64,000 nucleotides of DNA from Bryobacterales bacterium (GCA_965247305.1 OZ252030.1:3847699-3911698); one strand, 5' to 3'. Positions 48,278 through 59,293 are shown, counted from the first letter of the stretch. Numbers and translations: made by a program. The notes: a model not told the origin generated them from the sequence alone.

Positions 48278-50497
48278 ATGAAAGGCATGTTGACTAATTA
48301 CTTCGAGACCGAGGAACTTAGAAAGTCTCTTGTACAAAGCGACAATCGGTGCCTCGTCGCGATGGAGCAAATTGCCTCCGTTGTCGGGCCGGATTTCTTT
48401 ACTTCGGCAGCCCGTTTGCTTTACGTGCTGCTCGATGTCCGATTCGTGTTCGTTGCCGAGTGCACCAACGCAGAAACTCAGATGGCTCGCACTCTCGCCT
48501 TCTGGGGTGAGAGCGGCCTTGGGGATAACCTTGATTTCTGTGCACAAGGCGGACCTTGCGAACAGGTACTGGCCGGTGGGGTACTTCACGTCGCCGAGAA
48601 TGTCTGCCAAGAGTTCCCCAATAACGAAGCGCTGCAAAGTCTCTCGCCGCAAAGCTACTTTGGGTGCCCTCTGACCGACTCGAGCGGTAAGGTCATCGGG
48701 CACATAGCCGCCATGGACGTTCGACCGATGAACCCCTCGGCCGAGGATTTGGCGATCTTGAAAATCCTTGCGTCCCGCGCCGCGGCGGAGCTCGAACGAA
48801 GACGCATCGAAGAAGCTCGAACGGCTGATTTAATGCGCAGCACTGAAGAGCGCTTCCGCCTCGCGCAGGAGGCCGCCGAGATCGGCACCTGGGATATGGA
48901 CGTGGTCACGGGCCAGGGTACCTGGTCGGACAACTACTGGGGCATCTACGGAATGTCCGTGGACTCATGCGAACCCGGGTATGAGGCCTGGATTGGGCTG
49001 GTGCACCCGGATGATAGGAAAAGAGTGGGCGCGCAGATCAAGGCGGCGCTCGAAGGCGAAGCACCATACCGTAGCGAGTTCCGCATCGTATGGCCCGACA
49101 GTACGGTTCGCTGGATGGTCGGAAAAGGAAGCGTTTTTAGGGATGACAACGGAAATCCAACTCGGATGATCGGCGTTGACTACGACGTGACCGAGCGTAA
49201 AGAATCCGAGCAAGCGCTGCACCGAATACACGCTGAACTCGAGTATCGAGTAGAGGCTCGGACTCAGGAGCTTAGCGAAGCCAACTCCCAGCTCGAGCGC
49301 GAAATTGTGGAGCGTGAACGCGCGGAGGCCGAGCGGCTGCGGCTGGAGCGGCAAATGGTCCAGGCTCAGAAGCTGGAGAGTCTCGGAGTCCTGACTGGTG
49401 GCGTCGCCCATGACTTCAACAACCTGTTGGTGACGATCATGGCGAACTCGGAGCTTGCACTTAGCTACCTGGATGAGAAGTCTACTGCCAGCGACTACGT
49501 CAGGCGGTCAGTTGAGGCTGCCGAACGCGCAGCCGAACTGACGCAGCAGTTGCTGAGCTATTCCGGCAAAACACATTTTACGCCGACAGTTTTGGATCTC
49601 TCTAGTCTAGTCACCGATATGGCTGACTTGTTGGATGTTTCAACCGGCGGCAAAGTGGAATTAATGTTGGACGTCTCTGACGCTCCCGTCAATGTGCGCG
49701 CCGACGCGACTCAGGTGCGACAGATCGTGATGAACCTGATCACCAACGCCGTGGAAGCCATGCCTGACGGCGGAGTCGTGCGGATTGGAACTGCAACGCT
49801 TGATTTGCCGCCTGTCTCAATCGGTCGGCTGTATCGCAGTGCACCGATAGATTCAGTACCGTACGCAGTCCTCGAAGTTCACGACGTTGGCCCCGGGCTT
49901 GACAGGGATACGTGCTCCAAAATTTTCGATCCGTTTTTTACGTCGAAGTTTCTGGGACGGGGACTCGGCCTGGCAGTCGTACTCGGCATCGTTCGATCAC
50001 ACCAAGGGGTGATTGCAGTCGACAGCGATCTGGGTTCGGGTACGACGTTTACGATTCTGCTGCCCGCGGTAAGCGGTGAGTCGATCGAAGACCATCAACC
50101 GAAGGTCGATTCCGCTTGGAATGTGACTGGCAAGGTCCTGGTGGTGGATGATGAGCGCGGAGTGTGCGCGGCGGCGGCGATGCTGCAACATCTTGGTTTC
50201 GAAACCATCGAGGCGTTCGGGGGCCGGGAGGCGATCGACGTCTTCGAAAAAAATCATGACGAGATTCGATTTGTGCTCTTGGATCACGCCATGCCTGAGA
50301 TGAATGGCACACAGACGATGAGGCGGTTGCGGGAAATCAGCCCCGAAGTCACGATCATTATTAGCAGCGGCTACAGCGAGACAGAGATCGCAATGTCGGC
50401 CGACGAGACTAAACCCGCGGCGTTTCTCCAGAAGCCCTACAGACTTGACGGTCTCAGAGAAACGTTGCGTACGACGCTCGAAGCTACCTCTGATTGA
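48278..50497 (+). CDS. hybrid sensor histidine kinase (GAF-PAS-HisKA-HATPase-REC)
   Basis: N-terminal GAF-like region. PAS (..DNYWGIYGM..PDDR..). A coiled linker. H-box GGVAHDFNNLL, HATPase (GRGLGLAVV) and a C-terminal receiver (VLVVDDE..D..K). Confidence 0.85.
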   Translation: MKGMLTNYFETEELRKSLVQSDNRCLVAMEQIASVVGPDFFTSAARLLYVLLDVRFVFVAECTNAETQMARTLAFWGESGLGDNLDFCAQGGPCEQVLAGGVLHVAENVCQEFPNNEALQSLSPQSYFGCPLTDSSGKVIGHIAAMDVRPMNPSAEDLAILKILASRAAAELERRRIEEARTADLMRSTEERFRLAQEAAEIGTWDMDVVTGQGTWSDNYWGIYGMSVDSCEPGYEAWIGLVHPDDRKRVGAQIKAALEGEAPYRSEFRIVWPDSTVRWMVGKGSVFRDDNGNPTRMIGVDYDVTERKESEQALHRIHAELEYRVEARTQELSEANSQLEREIVERERAEAERLRLERQMVQAQKLESLGVLTGGVAHDFNNLLVTIMANSELALSYLDEKSTASDYVRRSVEAAERAAELTQQLLSYSGKTHFTPTVLDLSSLVTDMADLLDVSTGGKVELMLDVSDAPVNVRADATQVRQIVMNLITNAVEAMPDGGVVRIGTATLDLPPVSIGRLYRSAPIDSVPYAVLEVHDVGPGLDRDTCSKIFDPFFTSKFLGRGLGLAVVLGIVRSHQGVIAVDSDLGSGTTFTILLPAVSGESIEDHQPKVDSAWNVTGKVLVVDDERGVCAAAAMLQHLGFETIEAFGGREAIDVFEKNHDEIRFVLLDHAMPEMNGTQTMRRLREISPEVTIIISSGYSETEIAMSADETKPAAFLQKPYRLDGLRETLRTTLEATSD

Positions 50498-50862
50498 TCT
50501 CGGCGCACGGTACATTCGTACGCCACGTTGGTGGTGAGGTCGCGTGTTTTGTGGCCCACTTAGCTCGCAACCAGAGCATATTCAGGAATGGCATAGACCG
50601 CTTGCCCCAGCACCAAGCCCGTGAAAATCGGAGGCGCGACTGTAAAGGAGTGCGGTGGCGAAGCAGCTTTCTGGAATACGCTGAGTTGGGTCCTGCTGAT
50701 TATTCCTCAACAGGACGCGACTCAACTTTCCCAGTTCACCCTTCGCCACCGCACTCCTTTACAGTCGCGCCTCCGATTTCGGACAGCGGAATCTAGTAGC
50801 AAGAAATTGCCGGCTTCACCGCTATTCATTCAAGGGCGGTCTACGCCGTTACTGAAACTGCT

Positions 50863-52689
50863 CTAGTTGGAATTTCGCTCGATAAAATCCAATACTACTT
50901 CGGTACTTTCGTCGCCGGGCGTTCCAAGGTACGTATTTAGCGGACCGTGGCCGCGTCCCTTGGCCTCGAACCAATCCGCTTCGATTCCCGCCGCTCGAAG
51001 CTTTTTGGCGAACGGGATTGGTTGTGTCGGTGCCTGTGCGCGCCCGTCGGAGATCAGCAGTAGAAACGGCGGAATGCCCTTGCCGCGTGACACGTGCTCC
51101 CAGGGTGACGTCGAAGCCCACGCGTTTGGGTCGGTCCCGAAGGCCTTTTCATAGATCGCCGTAGACTGCTTCATCTGTAAAGTGATGTTGTACATCGCGG
51201 TATCAAGCGGAATCACGCCGGAAAGGTCGTTGAGCGACAAGCCGACGTTCTCTAAGAACATTCCATTCGTGCCAACGGCGGCTACCAGGTGCGCGCCGGC
51301 CGAGTGTCCCATGAGAAAAATCTTGTCGGGGTCGCCGCCGTATTTGTCGGCGTTGTTCTTGATCCAGGCTGTAGCGGTCGCCACATCTTGCGCCATTTCA
51401 GAAAGCGACGCACTTGGTCTGAATCGATAGTTCATTGAGGCGAACAAATAGCCCGCGGGCACAAACCGACCGGGCTTGAACATTGCGGCGCGCTTATCGC
51501 CTCGCACCCAGCTGCCGCCGTGAGCGAACAGGATGACGGGCGCATTCTCGAGATCGTCGCCGGTGAAAACATCTAAACGGAGCCGATCGGGATCGACGCC
51601 GGGCTTCTCGTCGTAGCGCAGATTCGAGATCCGCACGACACCTCGCTGGCGCCGAACATCCTCTGCTATTCGACGCATCGAACTTGTGGTTGCCGCGTCG
51701 TCGACGCCTATGCGTTCAGGAACGGACGGCCAATATGGCAATGACTTGAAACCCGCGGATGTCGCCCAATCGTTACGGTTCTTTCTGAAATTCGTCAACC
51801 GCTCGGTCGGCTCCTCCGGCTGCTTGAGGTAGCGCGCCAAAAAGCGAAAGCGGTTCAACGAGCGCTCGATGACGCTGGGGCCGACGTGATCGCCCCAGCG
51901 AACGAGCCGAAACTCGTGCCGGATTCGTAGCGACCAGAGCGTGCGATGCAGAAAATCGTTACCCGCGTGAAAGCCGAAGGCATCATCGTCACCGCATTCG
52001 AAATATATCGCAAGGTCCTGTAATAGACTCGGGTCGGCGACCGCAATGGAAGCCGGGTTGATCGACTGCCAATGATTCGCGTCAAACGGGTCGCCAAACA
52101 AATTGGCGATGCTCTTGGCGTTACGAATCTTGTTTCCGGCGGGTACCTCATCCCAGGTGAGCCCCGGCCAGACTCCGGGCTCCATTGAGGCGACCGCGCC
52201 GAACCCGTCGGGGTTCTTGAACGCCAGGTATAAGCCGCCAAGCCCTCCCATCGAGATGCCTGTGAGCATGGTCTTGTTGCGGTCGCTGCTAACGTTGAAC
52301 CGCTTTCGTAGATGCGGAATGAATTCCTCAACCATGAACGTTTCCACCTTGATGGAACCGTCGTAATTGTCGATATAGATGGACCCGGTTGGGACCGAAG
52401 GAGTCACGACCACCAGTTTGGGCAGCGTGCCGTCGTTCCACAACGCATCAATTTGTGGCTGCCATCGCGGAATCTCCTCGCGGTTTCCGCCGCCGCCGTG
52501 CAGCATGAGCAACAGCGGCAGCGGCTCACCTTGATTGCTATACCCGTCCGGTAACAATACGGCGTATTCGACCGAGCCACCTGGAATTAGAGTCGTTTCA
52601 AGACTGTCGCGAACGACTTCGGACGCGGCGGCGACCGCGCAGAATAGCAGGATAGATAGGAGCGTTGAGACGGATGTTCGAATGCTCAT
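50863..52689 (-). CDS. secreted two-domain alpha/beta-hydrolase (esterase D-like + carboxylesterase-like)
   Basis: Signal peptide. The N-domain has HGGGGN and GISMGG (GxSxG). The C-domain has HGGSW oxyanion and GHSAGAH (GxSxG). Confidence 0.75.
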   Translation of the reverse strand: MSIRTSVSTLLSILLFCAVAAASEVVRDSLETTLIPGGSVEYAVLLPDGYSNQGEPLPLLLMLHGGGGNREEIPRWQPQIDALWNDGTLPKLVVVTPSVPTGSIYIDNYDGSIKVETFMVEEFIPHLRKRFNVSSDRNKTMLTGISMGGLGGLYLAFKNPDGFGAVASMEPGVWPGLTWDEVPAGNKIRNAKSIANLFGDPFDANHWQSINPASIAVADPSLLQDLAIYFECGDDDAFGFHAGNDFLHRTLWSLRIRHEFRLVRWGDHVGPSVIERSLNRFRFLARYLKQPEEPTERLTNFRKNRNDWATSAGFKSLPYWPSVPERIGVDDAATTSSMRRIAEDVRRQRGVVRISNLRYDEKPGVDPDRLRLDVFTGDDLENAPVILFAHGGSWVRGDKRAAMFKPGRFVPAGYLFASMNYRFRPSASLSEMAQDVATATAWIKNNADKYGGDPDKIFLMGHSAGAHLVAAVGTNGMFLENVGLSLNDLSGVIPLDTAMYNITLQMKQSTAIYEKAFGTDPNAWASTSPWEHVSRGKGIPPFLLLISDGRAQAPTQPIPFAKKLRAAGIEADWFEAKGRGHGPLNTYLGTPGDESTEVVLDFIERNSN

Positions 52690-52791
52690 CGCCCCATATC
52701 ATACGATACGACCGGTAGAAATCAGCCGCGAACGGGCTAGTACGTTCGCTGGATCGGGTGCTTGCTATTCTTGAGTCAAAGCTGCGCAATC

Positions 52792-52868
52792 GGGCCCGTA
52801 GCTCAGCTGGATAGAGCAACCGCCTCCTAAGCGGTAGGTCGCGCGTTCGAATCGCGCCGGGCCCGCCA
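52792..52868 (+). tRNA. tRNA-Arg (anticodon CCT)
   Basis: GGGCCCGTAGCTCAGCTGGATAGAGCAACCGCCTCCTAAGCGGTAGGTCGCGCGTTCGAATCGCGCCGGGCCCGCCA. Cloverleaf with a 7-bp acceptor stem, anticodon loop CTCCTAA and T-loop TTCGAAT. Confidence 0.85.
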
Positions 52869-52893
52869 TTGCATCCCATTGCGCGGTCGCAAA

Positions 52894-54327
52894 TCAGGGT
52901 AGGGAAGAGCCCGACGGAAGGTTCTTCGGCGTCACCTCGTTCGCCCAGGCTTCGTGCGCCGCGGTCAGACGCTTCACCATTTCGGGTTGCTTTTTGGCGT
53001 GGTTCGTTCGTTCCGGCAATGCGTCCGTCAAGTTTGACAAATAGATCTTGGTGTCATCACCGCCCGCTAGATTCCTGGCACCGTCAAACATGAGTTTCCA
53101 GTCGCCGTCGCGGACCATCCAGCGCGTTTGCCACTGCCAATGCATAATTCCATACGCTGTTGACGCGCGTGCATTTTTTATCACTGGAAGAGCGCTATGC
53201 CCGTCTAGTTTGAGGCTAGCTGGTGGATTGACGCCGACCATTTCGAGGATCGTTGGAAACCAGTCCATCGCGGTAACGATCTGATTGCGGGTTTCGCCCC
53301 TGGGCACGGTCGGCGGGTAGCGAACAATAGATGGCACGCGGATACCGCCCTCCAAAAAGCTGCCCTTCGCGCCGAGCCATTTACCGGTGTTGCCGCCGCC
53401 CTTGTTGGCGCCGTAGTTCCAGCCCTTGGGTAAGCCGCTGAGATGGCCGTCGACTGTGACTTGGTAGTCTTCCTCGGAGTGGCCGTTGTCGCTCTGGTAG
53501 ATGACGATGGTGTTTTCGCGCAAGCCCAAACGGTCAAGCTGCAACAAGACGCGGCGGATGTAGTCGTCGGTGGTCGTGACCGTGGCGGCATACGTTCGAC
53601 GAGGCTCGGCCATCGATTTATAGCGGTCACGATGACGCTCTAACGACTGCTCGGGGTAGTGCGGAATGTTGAACGGAATGTAGACAAAAAATTGATCGTC
53701 TTGATTGCGCTCGATGAATGACAGAGCGCGGTCGACCATCAGATCGGGAAAGTACTCACCGCGGTGGAAGACTTCGCGGGTGCCTTCGTAGAGGTCGTGA
53801 TAGCCCTCCCGATGCAAAAAATAGTGCGTGAAGTTCTCAATGAAGCCATCGCGGATTCCGAAGAACTCATCGAAGCCCTGTTTGGTTGGGCCGTGGTCGC
53901 CGTGTCCGCCCAGATGCCATTTCCCAAACAGACCGGTGCGGTAGCCGGCTTGCTTGAGGACCTCGGCGAGTGTAACTTCGCTGGTCAACATGTTGCGGCC
54001 CTTGGGCCCCTTGAGCGGGCCCTGCATCCAGTCGTTGACGTTGCCGCGCTGGGGTTGGCGGCCGGTCAGCAACATGGCGCGGGTTGGGCAACAGACCGTG
54101 TGGGAGTAGGCCTGCGTGAAGCGGACACCGTCGGCGGCAAGCGAGTCGATCGCCGGGGTGAAGAGGTCCCTGGAGCCGTAGCAGTTAGCGTCGAGAGTGC
54201 CCTGATCATCGGTCAAGATGAGCACTACATTGGGTTTGCGTTGTTGGGCGAAGGCCGCCGACGATGAGAGAAGGGCGAGGGTGATCGCCGCTGAAACTAC
54301 TTTGTTCATATCAGCAGGATCATACAA
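52894..54327 (-). CDS. arylsulfatase
   Basis: Signal peptide. Sulfatase signature CCPTRAMLLTGR. Confidence 0.85.
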   Translation of the reverse strand: MYDPADMNKVVSAAITLALLSSSAAFAQQRKPNVVLILTDDQGTLDANCYGSRDLFTPAIDSLAADGVRFTQAYSHTVCCPTRAMLLTGRQPQRGNVNDWMQGPLKGPKGRNMLTSEVTLAEVLKQAGYRTGLFGKWHLGGHGDHGPTKQGFDEFFGIRDGFIENFTHYFLHREGYHDLYEGTREVFHRGEYFPDLMVDRALSFIERNQDDQFFVYIPFNIPHYPEQSLERHRDRYKSMAEPRRTYAATVTTTDDYIRRVLLQLDRLGLRENTIVIYQSDNGHSEEDYQVTVDGHLSGLPKGWNYGANKGGGNTGKWLGAKGSFLEGGIRVPSIVRYPPTVPRGETRNQIVTAMDWFPTILEMVGVNPPASLKLDGHSALPVIKNARASTAYGIMHWQWQTRWMVRDGDWKLMFDGARNLAGGDDTKIYLSNLTDALPERTNHAKKQPEMVKRLTAAHEAWANEVTPKNLPSGSSLP

Positions 54328-54344
54328 CAGACCCAGTCGCTCAA

Positions 54345-55250
54345 CTAAAAAACAACGATTGGGTGGTAGAGGCGCGGCATCACGGCTTCGCCAATGCAGA
54401 TGAGGTTTCCGCCGGGGCCGACCGCTTTCACTTGGCGCGCATCACTCGCATTGCCGTACGGGCTAATCCGAAAGTCGCGGCCATGCTCGATTTGGTTAGC
54501 GGTGACGGCGTCGACCCGGTGGACTGGAAATTCGGGCAGCAAACCCTCGAGCGGCAAGAAGGCCCCGTCGAGTCGATCTTGCTCTTTGAGCGTCTCTAAT
54601 TCCTCGATAGTGTGGGCGTCTTCGATCTTGAAGTCGCCCATTAGAGTACGGCGCAGGGTTTCGACATGGGCTCCGCAGCCGAGCCGTTGGCCGAGATCGT
54701 GGGCAAGCGAGCGCACATAGGTGCCTGCCGAGCAGCGGCAGCGAATCGTCGCCATCGCGTCGCGGATATCCAAAACTTCGAGTTCGTAGATTTCGATCTC
54801 GACGGGTTCAAGATTGACCTCTTGATTCCGACGAGCGAGCTTGTAGGCCGGAACGCCGTTGATTTTCTTCGCCGAGATTGCCGGGGGCGTTTGCGACTGC
54901 ACTCCCCTAAAATCTTCGATGAGTTCCTCGAGTTTTGATCGGCCGAGGTCGACCTCTTGGCTGTCGCCGACCGGGTCGCCGTCACGGTCGTAGCTGTCAG
55001 TGGCCCAGCCGAATCGAATTTTCGCCTCGTACTCGCGATCGTGATTGAGAAAGAATTTCGCAAGCCGCGTGGCCTTATTGATAACCAGCGGCAGGACGCC
55101 AGTGCCGAGCGGATCAAGAGTCCCGAGGTGACCGACCTTTTTAGTGCTTGCGAGCCTACGCATCTTTCGCACAGCATCGTGCGACGAGATCCCGGAAGGC
55201 TTATCTACAACAATGACACCGTCCACTAGGTCCATTCTATCTAGGCGCAT
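54345..55250 (-). CDS. truB: tRNA pseudouridine(55) synthase
   Basis: VVDKPSGISSHDAV..GHLGTLDPLGTGVLPL catalytic-Asp motif of TruB. C-terminal PUA-like region. Confidence 0.9.
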   Translation of the reverse strand: MRLDRMDLVDGVIVVDKPSGISSHDAVRKMRRLASTKKVGHLGTLDPLGTGVLPLVINKATRLAKFFLNHDREYEAKIRFGWATDSYDRDGDPVGDSQEVDLGRSKLEELIEDFRGVQSQTPPAISAKKINGVPAYKLARRNQEVNLEPVEIEIYELEVLDIRDAMATIRCRCSAGTYVRSLAHDLGQRLGCGAHVETLRRTLMGDFKIEDAHTIEELETLKEQDRLDGAFLPLEGLLPEFPVHRVDAVTANQIEHGRDFRISPYGNASDARQVKAVGPGGNLICIGEAVMPRLYHPIVVF

Positions 55251-55370
55251 TTCTACCCACGCGGCTGGGTAGGGGGACAGGCAACACGAGGGTTTGTCGA
55301 GGTGGAGAGATTACGAGATCGCATGTGCCAGTCCCCGCCCGAAAGTCCGTCTTCCTCCGTTTGGCGTTTC

Positions 55371-55455
55371 CGAGCCGCGCCGCGGCTCGGTATCGCGAAC
55401 GGTTTCGTCCAACAAGTAGCCTGGCGGGCAGCTTGGAAAATCAAGTTTCGGTTAG
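55371..55455 (+). repeat. R3 repeat, copy 2
   Basis: Matches 46322..46405. It lies directly 3' of the minus-strand OMP gene. Confidence 0.75.
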
Positions 55456-58130
55456 AAGGCCAGCTCTAGCGCAAGTTTGAATGCGCGGCCGTCGTTGAGC
55501 GTATTTGTGATTTGGCCGAAATTTGGGGAAGTTAGCTCTTTGCCTGGTTCGGCAAATTGCGCGTGATTGAACAAGTTCAGCGATTCGGCGCGGAGCGTCA
55601 TTGCCGCATCGCCGCCGAGTGACCAGGTTCGCGATAGCGCGGCGTTGATGTTGAAGATGCCGTCTTTTCTGAATACATTTCTGCCTAGGCTTCCGGCGGT
55701 CTCAGTCGGCTGGATAAAGGCGAATGCCGAGGCAGGCAGTAGCGCCGACGACGTGTCGGGGTTGTCTAGCGATCTTCCCAAGATCGACGGTTCCAAAATG
55801 TTTGGCCGATCACCGGGAGACCCGTCGACGTTTCCAAAGCCCGGGCCGTCCGACCCTGCCGCGATGTCAAACGGCGTGCCGGCCTTCGCCAAAAAGACCG
55901 TGCTGAGTTGCCAGCCGCCCACGAGTGGCGCAATCACGCCACGCGCCTTTGGCATTGACCAGCTTGTCCGTAGCAAGAATGCGTGGGGCTGGTCGAATGA
56001 GCTGACTGAACGCAACTCGGCGTGCGAGTTGAACTCAGTCTGGCTTCGTCCGAGCCGCGCATCTCTGCCGGACGCGGTATTTGAGAAGCTATTCCCGAGA
56101 TCTATCGCCTTGCTCCACCAATACGAAGCGCCTACCGTTAGCCCCTTCCAGTTTGGAACGGTGAGGACGATCTTGGTCGCGTCAAAGTACCCGCGCGAAC
56201 CGTTGAGAACGAGGCGATTGTCGAAGAACCGAGAGTCGGGCCGGCGTTGGTTGGCGGTTGAGGTGATCTGGGCGATTCCGTCGACCGGCCGGGCCCGATT
56301 GACGTACCACATCGTGAGCAGCTTGTGCGTTCGGCTACCGACGTAACCGAGGTTGAGCGACCAGTCGCCAACTAGTGGCAGCTGCCAATCGAAATTGTAT
56401 TGATGCGAATAGGGCACCGCTAGCTCTGGGTCGATGGTGAACACGGTTGAGCGCCCGTTCGGGTCGAAGGCCTCCGGCCCTAGGCTGCCGAGCGGGTCGA
56501 CGAGATCAGGACGTTGCACAGTGATATTGAGGTTAAGTGGCGGGCTGAAGCGCGCTTGGCCGAACGTGACGTTGAAGATTTGGCCGTAATGGATGCCGTA
56601 GGCCGCTCGTAGCACTCCTAGACGCTCGCCCAGCTTGTACGCTAGCCCGAAGCGTGGCGCGAGGTTGTTGCAGTCACAGTCGTACGGGATGTTCGTGAGC
56701 TGGTTGACTTCAGAGGGGCGCGTGACGGGTTCGTAGCGCAACCCTATGTCGAGCGTTAGGCGGCTCGTCGCCCTCCATCGATCGCCCAAGTAGAACTGCA
56801 TGTTCCAGTCCCGAAATCCTCGGTGCGGGTCGCCGATCGCCACGCGATACACGCTGGGGGTGCCGAGGCGAATGTTGGTAATGGCATCGCGTCCGAAATC
56901 GTTGCTGAAAAAGTATAAGCCTCGGTGGCTCTCGGCTTCGCGTCCATTCACGTGCCTTCGCAGCAGTTCGCCGCCGATCGTTAGCTCGTGATTGTCGGCG
57001 ATGTGACAGCCTCGAGCGGCGTAGAAAAATCGATTTTGGGCGCGGTCAATTGGGATATTCGAACTAGGCCCGAGGAAGTCCGTCACAAACCCTGTGAGGA
57101 TAAGCGGCCCGACCGAGGACTCTTCCGGCACAATCAGCGAGCCGACGCGTTCGTAGCCGACGCTGAAGTCGGTTGTTGTGGCCGCTGACCAGTTGCGAGT
57201 CCAAGTGATCTTGGCGTCGTGGTTCTTCGTCGTCGTGTCAGGGTTTTGGCCGCCCACAAGTTGGAAGGCGTCGACCTGCTGCCCGGTGAAGCTGTACTTC
57301 AGCGTGAGGCTGTCTTTGTCGTTCGGCCGCTCGTCAAGCTGAATCGAACCGCGATCGTTATTGATTGACTGAATGTCGTTTGTGTTCAGCGCTCTGGGGT
57401 TGATGTCGGTACGATTTGGGAGTTCCGCCGGGTAGGCATCGATCACCCTTTGCACGTAAGCTCGTCGTGCCGGGTCAGTTGCCAGAGGCGTGCGCTCGTC
57501 CGGGGCGGGCACGAGGACATTGCCGTTGACGTTGCCGCGCGACCGCACCTTTTCGGCGTTCACGGTGACGGCGGCGCCTTCCCACAGCGAGGTGGCGACG
57601 GTGAAACCGTAGGCGTTGTCACGGGCGGGCTTGACGCTGCCGACTTGAAAGAATGATCGAGCGCTGGTGATGCTGTTTTGGTGCGTCCAATGCAGGTTGC
57701 CGTACAGGCCGAAAACGAGTGACGAGCCTTGGTGAGGAGGGCGCTTGATTGGCTGTCCGAATTCCGTCGCGAAGTAGCGCTGATCGACCTTAAACTCGCT
57801 CGTTACGGTTGCTGTCGTCCCCATGCGGGTCGTCAATTCCCGCAGCACGTTGTTGTCGATCAGGGTGATCTGAACGTTCTCGTTTCGACGGCTTTCGCCC
57901 TGTTCGGCGTCAACTTCGCCGAGCAAGTTGAGCGACGTGCGATCGCTAGACTCAGCCTCGTCGGTTTCGTTTTCAGCTTGTGGCGCAGGCTGTTCAGGCG
58001 TGGGCTGCTCCTGCCCCAGTCCGCTCGCGGGGACTAAAAGTAGAAGTACAACCGCCGCAAGGCGTGCAGAAACGAGTCCACTCACAGCATCAGCTTTCAG
58101 CAGTATTTGGTAGGGCGTTGCAGCGATCAA
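55452..58130 (-). CDS. TonB-dependent-receptor-like outer-membrane beta-barrel protein
   Basis: Signal peptide. Roughly 890 aa rich in beta-strand dyads. C-terminal aromatic residue (..LALELAF). Acidobacterial TBDR-like architecture. Confidence 0.65.
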   Translation of the reverse strand: MIAATPYQILLKADAVSGLVSARLAAVVLLLLVPASGLGQEQPTPEQPAPQAENETDEAESSDRTSLNLLGEVDAEQGESRRNENVQITLIDNNVLRELTTRMGTTATVTSEFKVDQRYFATEFGQPIKRPPHQGSSLVFGLYGNLHWTHQNSITSARSFFQVGSVKPARDNAYGFTVATSLWEGAAVTVNAEKVRSRGNVNGNVLVPAPDERTPLATDPARRAYVQRVIDAYPAELPNRTDINPRALNTNDIQSINNDRGSIQLDERPNDKDSLTLKYSFTGQQVDAFQLVGGQNPDTTTKNHDAKITWTRNWSAATTTDFSVGYERVGSLIVPEESSVGPLILTGFVTDFLGPSSNIPIDRAQNRFFYAARGCHIADNHELTIGGELLRRHVNGREAESHRGLYFFSNDFGRDAITNIRLGTPSVYRVAIGDPHRGFRDWNMQFYLGDRWRATSRLTLDIGLRYEPVTRPSEVNQLTNIPYDCDCNNLAPRFGLAYKLGERLGVLRAAYGIHYGQIFNVTFGQARFSPPLNLNITVQRPDLVDPLGSLGPEAFDPNGRSTVFTIDPELAVPYSHQYNFDWQLPLVGDWSLNLGYVGSRTHKLLTMWYVNRARPVDGIAQITSTANQRRPDSRFFDNRLVLNGSRGYFDATKIVLTVPNWKGLTVGASYWWSKAIDLGNSFSNTASGRDARLGRSQTEFNSHAELRSVSSFDQPHAFLLRTSWSMPKARGVIAPLVGGWQLSTVFLAKAGTPFDIAAGSDGPGFGNVDGSPGDRPNILEPSILGRSLDNPDTSSALLPASAFAFIQPTETAGSLGRNVFRKDGIFNINAALSRTWSLGGDAAMTLRAESLNLFNHAQFAEPGKELTSPNFGQITNTLNDGRAFKLALELAF

Positions 58131-59293
58131 CGCGTCGGATTCTCATACCAGACTACCCCGAGGAGATCTCTCTCTTCGCAGGTGAGGATGTCGAGATCGC
58201 CATCGCCGTCGAGGTCGAGCAATTCAACCAGGTCGAATTTTACTCCTTCGGGGCCCGCGACGTTAGTCGCTTGCCAGGGCTTGCCTGCCGCACCGCCCGC
58301 GGCCGTAAGTAAACCGACGCCGGAAAGTTCTCCGTGCGCATTTTCGCAGGTAAATACCAAGTCGGGGGCGCCGTCGAGATTGATGTCGCCGACTGCGACG
58401 GCTTTCCCGGTGCCGTAGCCGGGCGGTAGGTCGATTTCGTGAGTCTCCCAGCGAACTCCTTTGCCGGGCAGTCGACGGATGAACAGGATCGGGCCTTCGC
58501 GAACCGCGGCAAGCGCGTCTTCGAGCCCGTCGCCGTCGAGGTCGGCGTAGTGGAGGAACATGATTTCGTATTTGTCGACTGGTCCGATGCGATGGTTGCG
58601 CCAGGGGCCTTCACGACCTGTGTTTTCGAACCACAGCGCGCCTCGCTTCTCGCCTTTGCGGTCTGTCGCGAGAACGTCGTCGTCACCGTCGCCATCGACA
58701 TCGCGGGCGATTAACGACATGATCCATCCGGCGTCGTACCAGTGCTGCCAGGTCAGCTTGTCGTCGTTCGCGTTCGACTTCCAGATTCCGACCGCGCCCG
58801 CATCGTTTTTGGATCCCGCGACTAAATCGGTCTTGCCGGTGCGCTTGTCGTCGAGCGGCAGCACGTACATCCATGGCGTCATCCCGGCGGAGGAGGGAAG
58901 CGGTTCGGTGCGCCAACCCTTCGGGTCGAGGTAGTTTTCGCTAGGAGCCCAATGGACGAATTGAGTCCGACTCTTCCCTTCGGTTGAGCTGACGACGTCG
59001 ACTGCCCCGTCTCTGTTGAGATCGACAAAAACGGCGTCTTCCGGGGAAGGCACGCTGCCCACTGTCACGGCGGGCCAGGGATCACGGGCTTTCTTGTGAC
59101 CCGGATTTAAGTAGGCTCGTACTTTACCGCCTTCCTCCCAGCCGGTAGCGATATCTTGCAGTCCGTCAGCGTTGACGTCGGCGAGCCGGACGCCGTCGGC
59201 GCCTTGGGAAGAGGCGTCAATCGTGTGCCTCTGCCACTGTCCCGCAGTGAGGGCACCGAGCGAAATCGCGGCGAGGACGAGTATTCGAAGCAT
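58127..59293 (-). CDS. secreted FG-GAP/VCBS-repeat beta-propeller protein
   Basis: Signal peptide MLRILVLAAISLGALTA. Repeated D-x-[DN]-x-DG-x-x-D calcium-binding FG-GAP loops (DVDGDGDDDV, LDGDGLED, LDLDGDGDLDI). 4-nt overlap with the upstream OMP gene. Confidence 0.75.
   Translation of the reverse strand: MLRILVLAAISLGALTAGQWQRHTIDASSQGADGVRLADVNADGLQDIATGWEEGGKVRAYLNPGHKKARDPWPAVTVGSVPSPEDAVFVDLNRDGAVDVVSSTEGKSRTQFVHWAPSENYLDPKGWRTEPLPSSAGMTPWMYVLPLDDKRTGKTDLVAGSKNDAGAVGIWKSNANDDKLTWQHWYDAGWIMSLIARDVDGDGDDDVLATDRKGEKRGALWFENTGREGPWRNHRIGPVDKYEIMFLHYADLDGDGLEDALAAVREGPILFIRRLPGKGVRWETHEIDLPPGYGTGKAVAVGDINLDGAPDLVFTCENAHGELSGVGLLTAAGGAAGKPWQATNVAGPEGVKFDLVELLDLDGDGDLDILTCEERDLLGVVWYENPTR

Noticed and set aside
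52792-52868. tRNA-Arg as a genomic-island integration site
   Set aside because: No integrase, direct repeat of the tRNA 3' end, or compositional break was seen on either side. The flanking genes, an esterase and a sulfatase, look like ordinary chromosomal genes.
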